Positions 1 through 16,041 are shown, counted from the first letter of the stretch. The stretch is 64,000 nucleotides of DNA from Chrysomallon squamiferum (GCA_012295275.1 CM022676.1:10974001-11038000), one strand, 5' to 3'. Program-made: numbers and translations. The notes: generated from the sequence alone by a model not told the origin.

Positions 1-154
1 TAAGTGATAGCAGGTAAAAACTGCATTTACAGTAATAAGAATTCTGACTGGCTGTATCTAATAATAGAGACTGGTGTGGCAATGAAAATATGAAATGAAA
101 ATGGGAAAAAACAAATAAATTATAACAAAAAAACGACAAAAAACACACAATAAT

Positions 155-158
<4 letters not shown>

Positions 159-206
<48 letters not shown>
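159..206. repeat. (CA)n microsatellite
   Basis: Direct reading. Confidence 0.95.
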
Positions 207-208
<2 letters not shown>

Positions 209-879
209 CCATAAATAAATAAATATAATAATAATAAGGAGAATGAAATATAAAATAAAAGCTGATAATGGTTGTTTAAACATGCTGACTGGTACTAAAA
301 CACAAACTGTGTTTACTTTCAACTGGTAATAAACTGCAAGCCTTTCTGTCTGTCTTATCTCTAATGTCCTTTGAAGAGAACCAGTCTGTTGAAATACCAC
401 ACAGAGCATATCAACTGATGCAGTAGTAGTAGTAGTACATGTAGCAGTAGTAGCAGTAGTACATGTAGTAGTAGTAGCATAGCAAGAGTAATAATAATAG
501 TGATACAAACAAAGCAGAAAAACAAATAAATAAATAACAGCAACAGTGATGGTAGAATAGCAATAATAAATTAAAAAGTATGGAGTGCTGACTGTGACAT
601 GTAGGAATAATTTAAGTGTTTACTAATGAATGAGTACTACTAATCACACATTAAATTACACAGGTGCATTGTGGTATATAACACCAGCATTCAGTATTTA
701 CACATTATATGAATGAGTACCACACTGCACACAGATGTGACATTCTGCTATCAAATTTCAAAGAACTGTAAACTGTTCTAACATGACACAGACTGTAACA
801 TTCACATCACTCTAATTTTAACTCTTTTTTTTTTTACATAGCTCATTTTCAGTGTTCATATCACTATATTTGAGGTTTA

Positions 880-1630
880 GTATCTGCTAAACACTGAAAA
901 AATATAAACAAATATAACAAATATAATAATAAAATATTGCAATTTAGTAGAATATTGATATGTTTATGTTTGTACTGTGTTGTTAGAACACTGTAAAGAC
1001 AGGATAAAACAAATATTATAAATAAATAAACAAATATAATAATAATAATGTTTATAATTTTGCAGTATGTTGATATGTTTGTGCTGTATATTTGTATTTT
1101 AGTAATGTAGTTAGAACATTGTGAAAAATAGGTAAACAAAACAAATATTATAAATACATAAACACAGTTCACAAACTGTATGACCACAACAAACAAACTT
1201 TAACCACCAGCAACTTACACATGCCCTAATGACTTTTACCAAACATGTTAAGATGCTGCTAAACTGCAAACATTATTATTGTATTTGTTTATTTATTTAT
1301 AATATTTGTTTTATCTGTTCTACACACTTCACATGACTAAAGTACAAACATTATTGCATTTGTTTATTTATTTATATCATTTGTTTTATCTGTTCTTCAC
1401 ATGACTAAACTACAAACATTATTATTGTATTTGTTTATTTATTTATAATATTTGTTTTATCTGTTCTACACACTTCACATGACTAAAGTACAAACATTAT
1501 TGCATTTGTTTATTTATTTATATTATTTGTTTTATCTGTTCTTCACATGACTAAACTACAAACATTATTGTATTTGTTTATTTATTTATATTATTTGTTT
1601 TATCTGTTCTTCACACTACAAAACTACAAA
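880..1630. repeat. Two inverted arrays of a ~70-80 bp AT-rich minisatellite
   Basis: Units AAACATTATTGTATTTGTTTATTTATTTATAATATTTGTTTTATCTGTTC (1260-1630, ~5 copies); reverse-complement copies at 880-1170. Confidence 0.7.
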
Positions 1631-2052
1631 CTGGTATCAACTAACCTGCACACAGTAGTTTGTTCTCTATAAATAGATTCATGTTTCTGCATGTTCCTCA
1701 TACCGTCTCAGTTTTGGGGGAGGATATGACAAGTGGGAGTTACTCAGTAGACAAGGTATGATTAAGAGATACCTGCATGTACCTTGAGGAATGTCATTTC
1801 TCAGTCCCTGCACCCCCCAAAAAATGGTTCATCCAGTCTTATATATTAGATTATGTTACATACCTGTCTTTTTGTAACTGTGAGTAAAATGTGAGTATAC
1901 TGAGTAAACATACTTTTTACAAAAGAAATTGGTTTGGGAAAATAAAGCTGAAGAAGAAAGGTGGACAGAACATTGAAGATTTAATAAAAAAGACATTAAA
2001 CAACTGCTAACATTTGTTCTGGTAGTTGAAGGAGCAGTAGATAGTAACAGAG

Positions 2053-2512
2053 CTAGAAACAGAAGAAGTAGAAACAGAAGAAGTAGAAACAAAAGAAGTA
2101 GAAACAGAAGAAGTAGAAACAGAAGAAGTAGAAATAGAAGAAGTAGAAACAAAAGAAGTAGAAATAGAAGAAGTAGAAACAGAAGAAGTAGAAACAGAAG
2201 AAGTAGAAACAAAAGAAGTAGAAACAGAAGAAGTAGAAACAGAAGAAGTAGAAACAGAAGAAGTAGAATCAAAAGAAGTAGAATCAGAAGAAGTAGAAAC
2301 AGAAGAAGTAGAAACAGAAGTAGAAACAGAAGAAGTAGAATCAGAAAAAGTAGAATCAGAAGAAGTAGAATCAAGAAGTAGAATCAGAAGAAGTAGAAAC
2401 AGAAGTAGAATCAAGAAGTAGAATCAGAAGAAGTAGAAACAGAAGAAGTAGAAACAAGAAGTAGAATCAGAAAAAGTAGAAACAAAGAAGTAGAAATAGA
2501 AGAAGTAGAAAT
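2053..2512. repeat. 15-bp minisatellite (GTAGAAACAGAAGAA)n
   Basis: Direct reading. Confidence 0.95.
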
Positions 2513-3855
2513 AGTGCAATTAATAGCAGTAGAAAGAATGTTATGAATAACATCTGTAACGTTCATAATAGTGTTACTGGCAGTGATAGTAGAAAATATA
2601 AAATATCAGTAGTAGTAATAGTACTAGAACAGCAATAGTAATAGTACTAGAACAGCAGTAGTAATAGTACTAGAACAGCAATAGTAATAGTAATAGCATC
2701 AGCAATAATACTAGCAATAGCAGGAGTTATAGTACCAGCAACTAAGTTGCATCAAACAACTACCTAAGACACCACATTCATTTGTATCCATAGCAACCAC
2801 AAATAGGTAGATTGACTGATGACTGGCTGATGGAAAACATGTTTTAGTACAGGTGACAGAAAACACATTTTAACACAGGTGAGAGAAAACATGTTTTAGT
2901 ACAGGTGATAAACAGCTCTTCACTTTGCTTTGGTGGAGAACTTTGGATGGATGGACAGATGGATTAGTAAGAACTGTTTTTAACCCCAAGTAAAGGAATG
3001 AAAAATAGAGGAGCATCAGTTTCACCAGTTTTTCATTAACACCCTCCCTCTCCCTCTCCCCTCCCAAACATGCAAGCACATCACACTGTGGTGTTGCCAT
3101 GGTTTCAGGTTAGGAAAGTTTGAGTGCACTGTGTATTCAAGTGACTGTGCAGATGAGATGGGGCCCTGGTAAGGTAATCAGATAATGGAGATGAATATGG
3201 ATGAGTGAAATTTGTATAATCTATGTTGTTGGTGTTCTTTGAAGAAAAAATCAATGCAATTAGATTTAAAATACTATAACTACATCTACTACAGCAGCTA
3301 CTACTGTAACTCCAATAAAATTACCACTAATGTTCTACTACTACCACTATTTCTACAACTAAAATTATTACTGCAATAATTAAATTGCCTATTACTACAA
3401 TAAAAAGAAATATAATAATAAAAATAATATAAAATATCAATTATTAAAATAGGGTAGTAAGTAAGTAGCCCCCCCTACATCTGCACCTCTTCAGAATGAC
3501 CAGTTGTTTATCATGTGACACAAAATGTTTATAGATGTAAAAACAGCCAATAAATACAACACAAAACTTCACACACATTGCTCATGCAGTTTTTCTGGTC
3601 TGTTATTGTTTCTTTTCTCAGCTTAATGTCTGTCCTTGTTCCTCTGTTGTTCATAATATAATAATAAAAATATTATTACTACTACTACTACTACTACTAA
3701 TAATAATAATAATAAAAGCAATAATAATATGTCATAAACAACAAAAAAAACCCAGAATATTTAATTAGCAGAAAGATTTTATTACACTCCTCACAAAGAA
3801 AACAAAACAAAAGAGCACCATCTAGAATAGAATATTTTCATAAGCACAAAGAAAT

Positions 3856-4101
3856 GTTACTAGAACCCTTGTTGCTAGAACCCTTGTTACTAGAACCCTT
3901 GTTACTAGAACCCTTGTTGCTAGAACCCTTGTTACTAGAACCCTTGTTCCTAGAACCCTTGTTACTAGAACCCTTGTTACTAGAACCCTTGTTCCTAGAA
4001 CCCTTGTTACTAGAACCCTTGTTATTAGAACCCTTGTTCCTAGAACCCTTGTTCCTAGAACCCTTGTTACTAGAACCCTTGTTACTAGAACCCTTGTTGC
4101 T
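3856..4101. repeat. 15-bp minisatellite (GTTACTAGAACCCTT)n, ~16 copies
   Basis: Direct reading. Confidence 0.95.
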
Positions 4102-4324
4102 GTGAGCCATAATTAACAAGAAAAGTGAATATAAAATGTCAGAGAAAGTGTTGTGTATCATGTAGGCTTTTTCCATTCAACCTCACCTACAGCCTCACAG
4201 ACAAAATGAAACAACACAATGGAGTGAATAATGTGTAGTGTATCTATTTCTGCTTCAAAATGCACAAACACTATGTGCATAGTGCTTATACTTTTGAAAT
4301 GTGAACCAGGTTAAAAATTCTTTG

Positions 4325-6522
4325 CAGGGGCCAGATTTGCCCCAGTTATTTGGGGTAAATGTGGCCAACACATTCATGATGTATTTTGGTCCTCAAACTT
4401 GTTATTGCTGTGTAATCATTGTCTACTACTACTGACAATTAGTCCTAATCATAATACAATTCAAAACTTCAATAAACTAAACTCCTTGACAAATCTCATA
4501 CAAGAATATAATATATTTCAAGTCTGTACCAGCTGGGACTTCGAGGTTTACACAGGCTGGTCACCACCAACTACATCTCTGTCTTCTAGTGTTACTACAT
4601 CTGTCTTCTAGTGTTACTACATCTCTGTCTTCTAGTGTCTACTACATCTCTGTCTTCTAGTGTCTACTACATCTGTCTTCTAGTGTCTACTACATCTCTG
4701 TCTTCTAGTGTCTACTACATCTGTCTTCTAGTGTTACTACATCTGTCTTCTAGTGTCTACTACATCTCTGTCTTCTAGTTTCTACTACATCTGTCTTCTA
4801 GTGTCTACTACATCTCTGTCTTCTAGTGTTACTACATCTGTCTTCTAGTGTTACTACATCTCTGTCTTCTAGTGTCTACTACATCTGTCTTCTAGTGTCT
4901 ACTACATCTCTGTCTTCTAGTGTCTACTACATCTGTCTTCTACATCTGTCTTCTAGTGTCTACTACATCTGTCTTCTAGTGTTACTACATCTCTGTCTTC
5001 TAGTGTCTACTACATCTGTCTTCTAGTGTCTACTACATCTGTCTTCTAGTGTTACTACATCTGTCTTCTAGTGTTACTACATCTGTCTTCTAGTGTCTAC
5101 TACATCTGTCTTCTAGTGTCTACTACATCTGTCTTCTAGTGTTACTACATCTGTCTTCTAGTGTCTACTACATCTGTCTTCTAGTGTCTACTACATCTGT
5201 CTTCTAGCGTTACTACATCTGTCTTCTAGTGTCTACTACATCTGTCTTCTAGTGTCTACTACATCTGTCTTCTAGTTTTACTACATCTGTCTTCTAGTGT
5301 TACTACATCTCTGTCTTCTTGTGTCTACTACATCTGTCTTCTAGTTTCTACTACATCTGTCTTCTAGTGTCTACTACATCTGTCTTCTAGTGTTACTACA
5401 TCTCTGTCTTCTAGTGTCTACTACATCTGTCTTCTAGTGTTACTACATCTGTCTTCTAGTGTCTACTACATCTGTCTTCTAGTGTTACTATATCTGTCTT
5501 CTAGTGTTACTACATCTGTCTTCTAGTGTCTACTACATCCGTCTTCTAGTGTTACTACATCTGTCTTTTAGTGTTACTACATCTCTGTCTTCTAGTGTTA
5601 CTACATTTCTGTCTTCTAGTTTTACTACATCTGTCTTCTAGTGTCTACTACATCTGTCTTCTAGTGTCTACTACATCCGTCTTCTAGTGTCTACTACATC
5701 TGTCTTCTAGTGTTACTACATCTCTGTCTTCTAGTGTTACTACATCTGTCTTCTAGTGTTACTACATCTGTCTTCTAGTGTCTACTACATCTCTGTCTTC
5801 TAGTGTCTACTACATCTGTCTTCTAGTGTCTACTACATCTGTCTTCTAGTGGTGTCTACTACATCTGTCTTCTAGTGTCTACTACATCTCTCTGCTGTAG
5901 CATTCAAACTGAGCTGTCATTTTTGTCTTTGGTATTTTCTCTGCCAACTTTTCTTCATACCTCTTGACACTTTCTTCTTCTGTCAATGTCTCCGCATACT
6001 TCATCAATCTGATGACATGCCTCACGAGATGGACTGTGGACTTTCAATAGTTTCAAAAAAACTTTAGTAAAACTCAGAATGGACTGTATCAGTAGTCAAA
6101 ACTATTGATTTCACCACCAAATATGGGGGCCAGATTTAACCCATCCATGGGGACCTGAACTGCCCCAAGTGGTGGAATAAAATAAAACTTTTTGCATAAT
6201 TACCACATTCTAATCAGGTTTCTTCTGCTGAACTTAATAACTGATTATATGTTAACCTGGTATAAGTTATCACTAACCTTAATTCTAAAGGACTAAAAAA
6301 ATAACACTCACTTTTGAAATCTCAAAATGCATGTTTTTTTCAGCCTTGTTGTTTTCATTACTTTCATGGCCTCTACACATGTAAACAGCTACATGCTTTG
6401 TTCTGATGACAAATAGGTAGGTTCTGTTTATAGCAACAAAGTTCCAGAAATCTGGACACAGCAGTATAGTTGCTGTAAGATATATTACACCTCAGGGGCC
6501 ACAGTTACCCCACCCTACCCTG
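4325..6522. mobile_element. Possible decayed pogo-like DNA transposon interrupted by a minisatellite
   Basis: Recurrent GGGGCCA(G/C)A..T(G/A)(C/A)CCC motifs at 4326, 6126 and 6495; terminus ACCCCACCCTACCCTGTA at ~6506-6523. Confidence 0.3.
4570..5890. repeat. 22-25 bp minisatellite (TAGTGTCTACTACATCTGTCTTC)n
   Basis: Direct reading; length variants interspersed. Confidence 0.95.
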
Positions 6523-6897
6523 TATCTGTCAATGCTTCATATATGTATATACTCTTTAATTATATGCTGTGTAATGTAAACTGTTTAATATATTGTATAT
6601 TTTTATATTGTATCTGACCATGTTTAATTGTATCTGTGTGTCATAAATGATATAATAAATAAATAAATAAATAAATAAGTAAAGGAATATCAGACTCAAA
6701 GAACAAAAAGAAAAAAAATCAACTAGAAAGTCTAAAAGTGAGTTTTGCCGAGAGACAAGGCTAAAAATAAAAAAGATGAAAAATGACTTACACAGCTGAT
6801 CTGCAAGGCAAAGAAATTCCTTTATTTTTAAAACTGACATTCTGAGGAGGAAACTGTAAAACACTCGCACACACACACACATGCACACACACGCACA

Positions 6898-6938
<41 letters not shown>

Positions 6939-7147
6939 ATTTATAGACACACAGTGTGATATGCTTAGTACTGAAAAGAACAAGGTATGTATATATATAT
7001 ATATATATAAAAAAAAAAAAAAAAAAAACATATATAAATAAGATGGTGGAATGCTTAGGGACAAAAGTTTCTAAGTTAATATATTTAGTAACAGCTCTCT
7101 ATTTCTACTGAGTCTGTGTGAACATTTCTACAGTTGTAGTGATACAT

Positions 7148-7606
<459 letters not shown>

Positions 7607-7726
7607 ATAGAGGGACTGAGTAACAAAGACCATCCCAGAATAAATCTTGTAAAACTAGGTCAGATATTTCACACAGTGTTTGAACAATAATTTACTAAAT
7701 CTCACCACTCAGTCAACAGTTTGTGC

Positions 7727-8218
7727 TTTGTTACTAAGTGTGCTGTGTGCTGTGTGTGTGTATTTTGTTACTAAGTGTGTTGTGTGTGTATTTTGTTACT
7801 AAGTGTGTTGTGTGTGCTTGTTACTAAGTGTGCTGTGTGCTGTGTATTTTGTTACTAAGTGTGTTGTGTGTGTGTATTTTGTTACTAAGTGTGCTGTGTG
7901 TTGTGTGTGTGTGTATTTTGTTACTAAGTGTGTTGTGTGTGTGTGTTTTTTTGTTACTAAGTGTGTTGTGTGTGTATTTTGTTACTAAGTGTGCTGTGTG
8001 CTGTGTATTTTGTTACTAAGTGTGCTGTGTGCTGTGTATTTTGTTACTAAGTGTGTTGTGTGTGTGTATTTTGTTACTAAGTGTGCTGTGTGTTGTGTGT
8101 GTGTATTTTGTTACTAAGTGTGTTGTGTGTGTGTATTTTGTTACTAAGTGTGTTGTGTGTGTATTTTGTTACTAAGTGTGTTGTGTGTGTGTATACTGTT
8201 ACTAAGTGTGCTGTGTGT
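7727..8218. repeat. ~30-bp minisatellite (TATTTTGTTACTAAGTGTGTTGTGTGTG)n
   Basis: Direct reading. Confidence 0.9.
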
Positions 8219-8378
8219 TTAGACAGAGCTAGTGAAATATGTATCAGTCTATTTACATAAAGCTGACAGTGGCATATCTGCGGCCTTGTTTTATGTTGTG
8301 AAATAAATGAAAAGTGTCAAGTACACATGGACAGAGATCTATATTTACCTTTTTATTTTCTCTTACTATTCTGTAAGA

Positions 8379-8431
<53 letters not shown>

Positions 8432-9359
8432 TCATTACAATTACATATATACAGACTATCACACAGATCAGTGACAAATAAAAACAGTATCTCACATACA
8501 TACACATACAGTTGTATTTGTAACAGTGAAATACACACTGTGTAGTGAGATACACAGCATATTACACCCAGACACAGTGAATACCTCAGTTTTTTAAAAC
8601 AGATGTTAAAATACCTGACCTAAATCAAATGTAAACTGTAGGTATTAGAAGAAGAAAAGTAACTAGTACAAACACAACTAAAAACCAAACAAAGAAAAAC
8701 TCACAACATTCAGCGAGGCATGAGAGAGAAACATTTGTCGTCCTGTAAACAACGTTTTGTTTTTGATCACAGCTGAAACCACGCTGACACCGCTGCAACT
8801 ACAACGCTAACAGCTAGCGTCCTAATAACAGCGTCCCACTAACCCACATGTCACAAGTAAATGTCAACAGAAATGTCTCACACGCAGAATATCCACAAAC
8901 TTTACTACATTTCAGATTCCTCGTCCACTCTGCTTGACCTCTCCACTGACCTCACACCTTACTTAACAAATGCATGGTTGACCAAGCGTACAGGTGTGAT
9001 GATACAGGTGATTACCTCCCCATTACCTCTCACTAAGACAAGTCAGCGGGGTGAGGGGGCATTCTATACAGCTGTGTTTCACCTTTGTGTCCTGTTTTTC
9101 CTGTACAGGGATGGGTCAGGAATGTGGACAGGGAGGTTCAAAGGGTTTGATAATGGACATTAAATAGGTGTCGGCAGATAAGATAGGAGGGTCTGAACAG
9201 GGAAGTGCAGAGAGGGACGTTGAAGGGCAGGGTACTTAAACTGCTATGAATAGAAAAGTTAAACAAATAACAGTACTGAAATTAATGACATGCGGACGGG
9301 ATAGTAAGAGGTACTGGCAGGGAAGTATCCATCCTTTCATTTACCCCATATATACACTA

Positions 9360-9448
<89 letters not shown>

Positions 9449-9749
9449 CTCTCTCTCTTTCTCTCTGTGTCTGTCTGTCTGTCCGTCTCTCTCATTTTAT
9501 CTGTAGCTAGAAGAGATCCAAACACAGAATTTTTTATGAAAGTTTTGTCTCATTATGTAAGAGGTGTGCAAAGTTCAATACATCACACCAGGTCATCGTG
9601 ACATTTAGCTACAAACTGACAGCACACTACCCACCCCACTGTTACCTGACAATCTACATGTCTCACATCACAGGTGTAATCTGCAGGTATCACCAGATAT
9701 CAGTGTCAAGTGGTGCACTCTCTCAGTTATCAGTAACTCTTTGTATTCT

Positions 9750-10458
9750 ACATCAAACAGCTCAGTAGTAATACAGTCAAATAGCTCAGTATTAATACAG
9801 TAAAATATGTCAGTATTAATACAGTCAAATATCTCAGTATTAATATACAAATAGTTCAGTATTAATACAGTCAAATATCTCAGTATTAATATACAAATAG
9901 TTCAGTATTAATACAGTCAAATATCTCAGTATTAATACAGTCAAATATCTCAGTATTAATATACAAATAGTTCAGTATTAATACAGTCAAATAGCTCAGT
10001 ATTAATACAGTCAAATAGCTCAGTATTAATACAGTAAAACAGCTCAGTATTAATACAGTCAAATAGCTCAGTATTAATACAGTAAAACAGCTCAGTATTA
10101 ACAGTCAAATAGCTCAGTATTAATACAGTAAAATAGTTCAGTATTAATACAGTGAAATAGCTCAGTATTAACACAGTTAAATATCTCAGTATTGATACAC
10201 AGTTAAATATCTCAGTATTAATACACAGTCAAATATCTCAGTGTACACACTCAAATATCTCAGTATTGATACACAGTTAAATATCTCAGTATTGATACAC
10301 AGTTAAATATCTCAGTATTGATACACAGTCAAATATCTCAGTATTAGTACACACTCAAATATCTCAGTATTAGTACACACTCAAATATCTCAGTACTAAT
10401 ATACAGTCAATATTAATACACAAATATCTCAGTACTAATATACAGTCAATATTAATAC
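9750..10458. repeat. 24-26 bp minisatellite (CAGTATTAATACAGTCAAATAGCT)n
   Basis: Direct reading. Confidence 0.9.
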
Positions 10459-11158
10459 CCACAGCATTTAGAAATGACTGTGAAATAATTTATGATAATT
10501 TGGGTACACTTAGCCAGATGTAAGTCATTTCTGCCTTTACCTACACAAGTAGAACTTTTATCATTGATTTAATGATGAAGAAAAGCCCACGAATAAACAG
10601 AATGTTTTAATATATCCACAGTTGTTGTTTTACATGTGTGTACACATGCAGCCGGCCAGTCTTACATACATACTTACCTATCCATTCACACACACACCTC
10701 TAATTTCTTAGTGTTATAAACACAATATAAACATGACATACATGCCTATACAATATACTGTACAGACATACATAATATACAGACATGCAATGTACAGTGA
10801 TATAAGTGTGACATACAGACATGTATGTATTATATAGGTAAGTGTGATATACAGATGTGTATATAATAACAGGCAAATGTGACACATAATTCAAGTTAAC
10901 GTCTGGTTTAGCAGTCAGGTTTAGTTAATTAATATTCCTCACATAATCAAATTAAACCTGACACTAATTAGTGTGTCTAATTACCCCTGAAACGTTGAGG
11001 AAAGATTCCTGTGGAGCTCCACTTTAAACAGAACATACTAACAACATGATCCAAGATTAAGTTTTACAAATACAGAGCAGCTAATACTGAATGAAAGAAA
11101 AAATATATCAAGAGTTTGATTTTATGAAACTAATAATAATAATAATAATAATAATAAC

Positions 11159-11201
<43 letters not shown>

Positions 11202-11318
11202 GTAATAGTAATAAGAAGAAGAAGAAGAAGAGGAGGAAATGTATTGTTATATTTGCAGATACCAAATAGCCTATATTTTTCTAATTACACATGTCAAGAT
11301 TTCAGCTCTTTGACACCG

Positions 11319-11446
<128 letters not shown>

Positions 11447-12593
11447 ATATAAATGCCACATGTTATCACAGGCTGATGTTATTGGGAGATTTAACATAGT
11501 TCAAATATCTCATATATATATATATATATAAGACATACTGGAAATATACTATATTATCATATATTAGAAATATATGCAAGAATAAAACATACATACATAC
11601 ATACATACATAATTACATATGGATACACACACACACAGATGTATTAAACGTACAATGCAGTGAAACATGTCTATAAAACAAATCATGTGTGACATTACTT
11701 ATCTAGGATGACACTGGTTGTGTGAGGTTACTCAAAAGTAACAGTCACACTTGACTAAACAAGTCAGGCAAACCATGTCACAGTGTCAAAATATGAATTA
11801 ATTATAACTTAGATTAATTACAGGACACTCACAAAACATAAATACACACATGACTTTGTATGTGTGTGTCTTATAGCATGCCTTTTGAATATCTTAATAC
11901 AATATATCATGTTCAAACCAGTTTTTTCAAATATTTCCTTGTGTTTGTTATGCCAGTCATTCTTTTAAATGAAATTTTACTACAGAATATATGATTGGTG
12001 TTACATATGACAACAGGTACAAAGCAGTGAATTTCTTTAAATCTCCCCAATTAGTCATAAAAACAGCAATATTCAACATTTTATTGTAGCAGAAAGATTA
12101 TTAATTTCAAATTACATTTCTACAAACTTTCTAGCATCTATGTATGAGTGACTTCTTAAAAAAATTAAAAATAAAAATAAATAAATTCTGACTGAATTTG
12201 CTGAAGTTATCATTTTGAATGAAGCCATTCCACAAACTAGAAGTTTTAACTGGTGTAACTTTTAACTGGTGTAACTTTTAACAAAACAACTTTTAACTGG
12301 TGTAACTTTTAACAAAACAACTTTTAACTGGTGTAACTTTTAACAAAACAACTTCTAACAGCGATGTACTAAATACTGGAGTGACTCTCTTTAAGACTTT
12401 GAATTTGCTAAATTACTTTTAACAGAGATCTTTGTAGTAAAAAATGTGAAACACATGAGTAACTTTCTTTAAGACTGAACTTGCTGCAGTAATCACTTCA
12501 AGTGAAACCATTCCACGAATCCTGTGTAATGATGTTTTCTGTTAACTCTGCAAACACAAAAATTATTTGTGATCTCATCTGGCAGACAGGAAA

Positions 12594-12612
12594 TGGCCAG
12601 CAGATGGCACCT
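12594..12612 (+). promoter_or_regulatory. Candidate CTCF binding site
   Basis: TGGCCAGCAGATGGCACC contains an exact match to the core consensus CCASYAGRKGGCRS. Confidence 0.45.
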
Positions 12613-14477
12613 CTGAATGAGTTTAATGTGTAACTCTTCTTTCAAGAAGAAAAGAAAGTGAAAGCCAATAAAAACTGGATATGGTTGATTGCTACATGAA
12701 GGAAGAACTGTGTGGAAGAGATGTTCCTTTAATAAACTCAAAGACAAACATACATAAACTAAGCCTGTGACACAGTGTACAAAGTATTTTCTTGTGTGAC
12801 TCTAATGATTCCAAAATTACACAAGTTAATATAAACAACAAAAAAACAACAACAAGCCTGTGAATTCCAGATATGATTATTTTCCAAAGCCAATGAAAAG
12901 ACAATTTCAGTGTTAACTTATATATATATATATATATATATTCGCCTGATAACTCTATACAAAAGATTTAATTCTGATTCAGCTTGGAAAAACAGTGGAG
13001 TAAAATGTTCAGAAAAATAAATGCAGATCCTAGGATGACTGCAGATAAAAGGAAACATTTTGTTGTGTTTGTCATCAGCCTTAAACTAACAGTACAAACT
13101 TACACTTCAAGTTTTCTTTTAATTTATTTTTACCATAAAACATGTTTTATTTTGACCAGATTGTTTATTTCAATAGAATAAATCATGAAATTTTGTTGGT
13201 ATTTTCTTTAATTTTTTCTGTTTTTTAATTTTCCAAAAAAAGTCAGAAGATTATAAAAAAAATAATAATAAAAATCAGTAGGAAATGAAGAAGTAAAATA
13301 AAAGAATAAAATTTTGATTTCTCTCTGATGATGAAACAAAAGTTTGTCAGCAGAAGTTTGCTCCTATTTGATCTACATCAAAACAGACTAGTAAACATTT
13401 GTCACATGTGCAAACAAATGTTTAATTCTGCAGGAGTTTAGCAGGAGGCAAGAAAAAATTACCTTCTTCCTAAATACTTAACATAAAGTCACCAACACTG
13501 GGACCACTGGGACCAGGTGAGTCACCCACAGCAATCACCAACACTGGGACCAGGTGAGTCACCCACAGCAATCACCAACACTGGGACCAGGTGAGTCACC
13601 TACAGGGGTCAGCAGAATTAAAGGTTGAATATTATCTGTATCCAGCCTTGTTAAGTGAGAAATCACCAACGTGATCAGTTTCTTCACATAGATGGGTATC
13701 ATTAATAAAACTAAAGATAAACTGAACAAATTTGTTATTTCAGAAGAGTGTAACAAACTGATAGTATGACTCAGTACCTATGAAGTAGTATTTAAAATAA
13801 TCCCTGGTGTGAACAAAGTAACTAGGTGATCAACTAAACAAACTAATCATAAAACCAATGACAACAAAAAAAAAAGAAAAAGATAAAGGACCACAAACAA
13901 ACAACAAATAAATAACAAAAGACAAAACAAAACAACAGCAATGATAAAGTAGACCCCTCCATAATAATTTTGTTACTGTAAGTGTCAAACTTTGATATAT
14001 TTATTCAGTGACTTACAAACAGATGGAAACAGAAAACATTAACCTTGTTCACAGACAGAAAACTGGCGCCAATTTTTGCAGACCGACTCCCTTTAAATTA
14101 TGAAACTCGGCATTAACATAATCCAGAATTTAAGTGAGAAGTTCTGATATTAACTCCTCAACCAACAAGAACAGAAACTGAGAAACAGAGAAGATAAGAA
14201 CAAAGCAAAGAAGATTAAAAAGAAAACAGTCTCAGTACCTGCCAACAACAACAACTACAACAACAAGAAGACAATGCCATCAATAACAAAATAAAATAAA
14301 CAATAAAATAATAAACAAATAAAAAATCAATACCTGAATCAAAAAGTAAAAAATAAAAAAAACAGAGAGAAAAGTAACTTAAGAAGAAGAATCTCGCTGT
14401 TGCTATGACATTACAGGAAAGTGAGTCGTCTAATCTGGACAAGAGAGATGAGGAGAACGTATTGAAATGAAACGTAC

Positions 14478-15957
14478 CGTGAAGGAAGTTGAGGGGTACA
14501 CACGAGATACGACAGTTTGGCAGGCTGTCTTTCATTTTCTTCGCTTCCTGAGGATGATTAAACCGAAAGTAGTTTGACCGACCCAGGCAGACCATGGAAC
14601 CTGCAAGCAGACGACAAATCATCACCACTGTGTCTGTTTGTAAAAGAAATCTTGCTGATGATCAAAGTGTAAAATATGTGTAAAACAGTTCAGCTGTAAA
14701 AGAGATGTTGCTGTGATACTAAAAAAAGAGCAACATGTGATGTAATGTAAGTGTAATGTTCTTAAACAAAATACAACAAAATTTTGTAAAAGAAATCTCG
14801 ATTTTGAAAAAGTCAATGAGTGAAGAATTAAACAAAAAATCTTTATAGTTACTGAACAAGAAAATGAAATAAATAAATAAATTAGTATATATATATAAAT
14901 AAATGAATAAATAAATGAAATAAATGAATAATGAATGAATAAATGAATAATGAATGAATAAATGAATGAATAAATAAATGAATGAATAAATAAATAAATA
15001 AATAAATAAACTAAAACAAGAAATAAATAAAGAAAGAAAGAAGAGCTAAGTGAAGTGAGTTTTAACAGAGGATTAAGTTTGGTCTGACATCAATCAGAAT
15101 TGAGAAAACTGTGGACTTGTTATACCTACAGTGTGTTTCACATGTGTTATAAACAAACACAACACAAAACCTCTCAACACAGTTTCAGCATTGTATGTGT
15201 AGGAAATAGCCTCTTGTACAGGAAATGGGGGTAATCATTTTTAAAACTGCATTATGGGACGTTTACCAAACGAAACCAGATTTATTTGGCAAGTGACCAT
15301 ACTAGTATTTCTTTAACTGTGGTATGAGACTGGATGAATCCAGGTTTATTTATCAAGAAACATACAAGTAATCACTTTTAAAGCTGAGTAATGATACTAA
15401 ATTATATTTATTTACTTCTGGAAGTATTATTACAGCCAGGCTTGTTAAAAGTATGCTAACACTTCAGTTTTTGTTTCCTGTCTGTCTGTCTGTCTCTCTG
15501 TTCTCTCTCTCTCTCTCTCTCTCATATTACCTGTGAATATTTAAACAAACATTTATTTTTATCAGGCCTGGCATCTGGAAGTCATTACTCAGTTACAGGA
15601 AAATCTGCTTTTCATACTCAGCTTGTTAGAAAAAATAATTTACAGATTATACCAATACCCTTCAATCGAAGATGTTTAATGGTGTCAGCCCCATGACAGT
15701 AACTTACAAAACTTATAAATATATAACTTATACATGTATAACTTAAAATTGTTATAAATATATAACTTATACATGCATAACTTAAAATTGTTATAAATAT
15801 ATAACTTATACATGCATAACTTAAAATTGTTATAAATATATAAAATCTCTCTCTCTCTGTCTGTCTGTCTCTTATCTCTCATGTGTTTATCTTTTTCTCA
15901 CTATGTATCTTTATTTTTCCAGTCACACACACACAAGCACGCACGCACACACACACA

Positions 15958-16041
<84 letters not shown>

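Noticed and set aside
13463-13756. Possible internal PHLDB exon
   Set aside because: Stops in the candidate frames and a short internal repeat; at most an unsupported non-coding exon.
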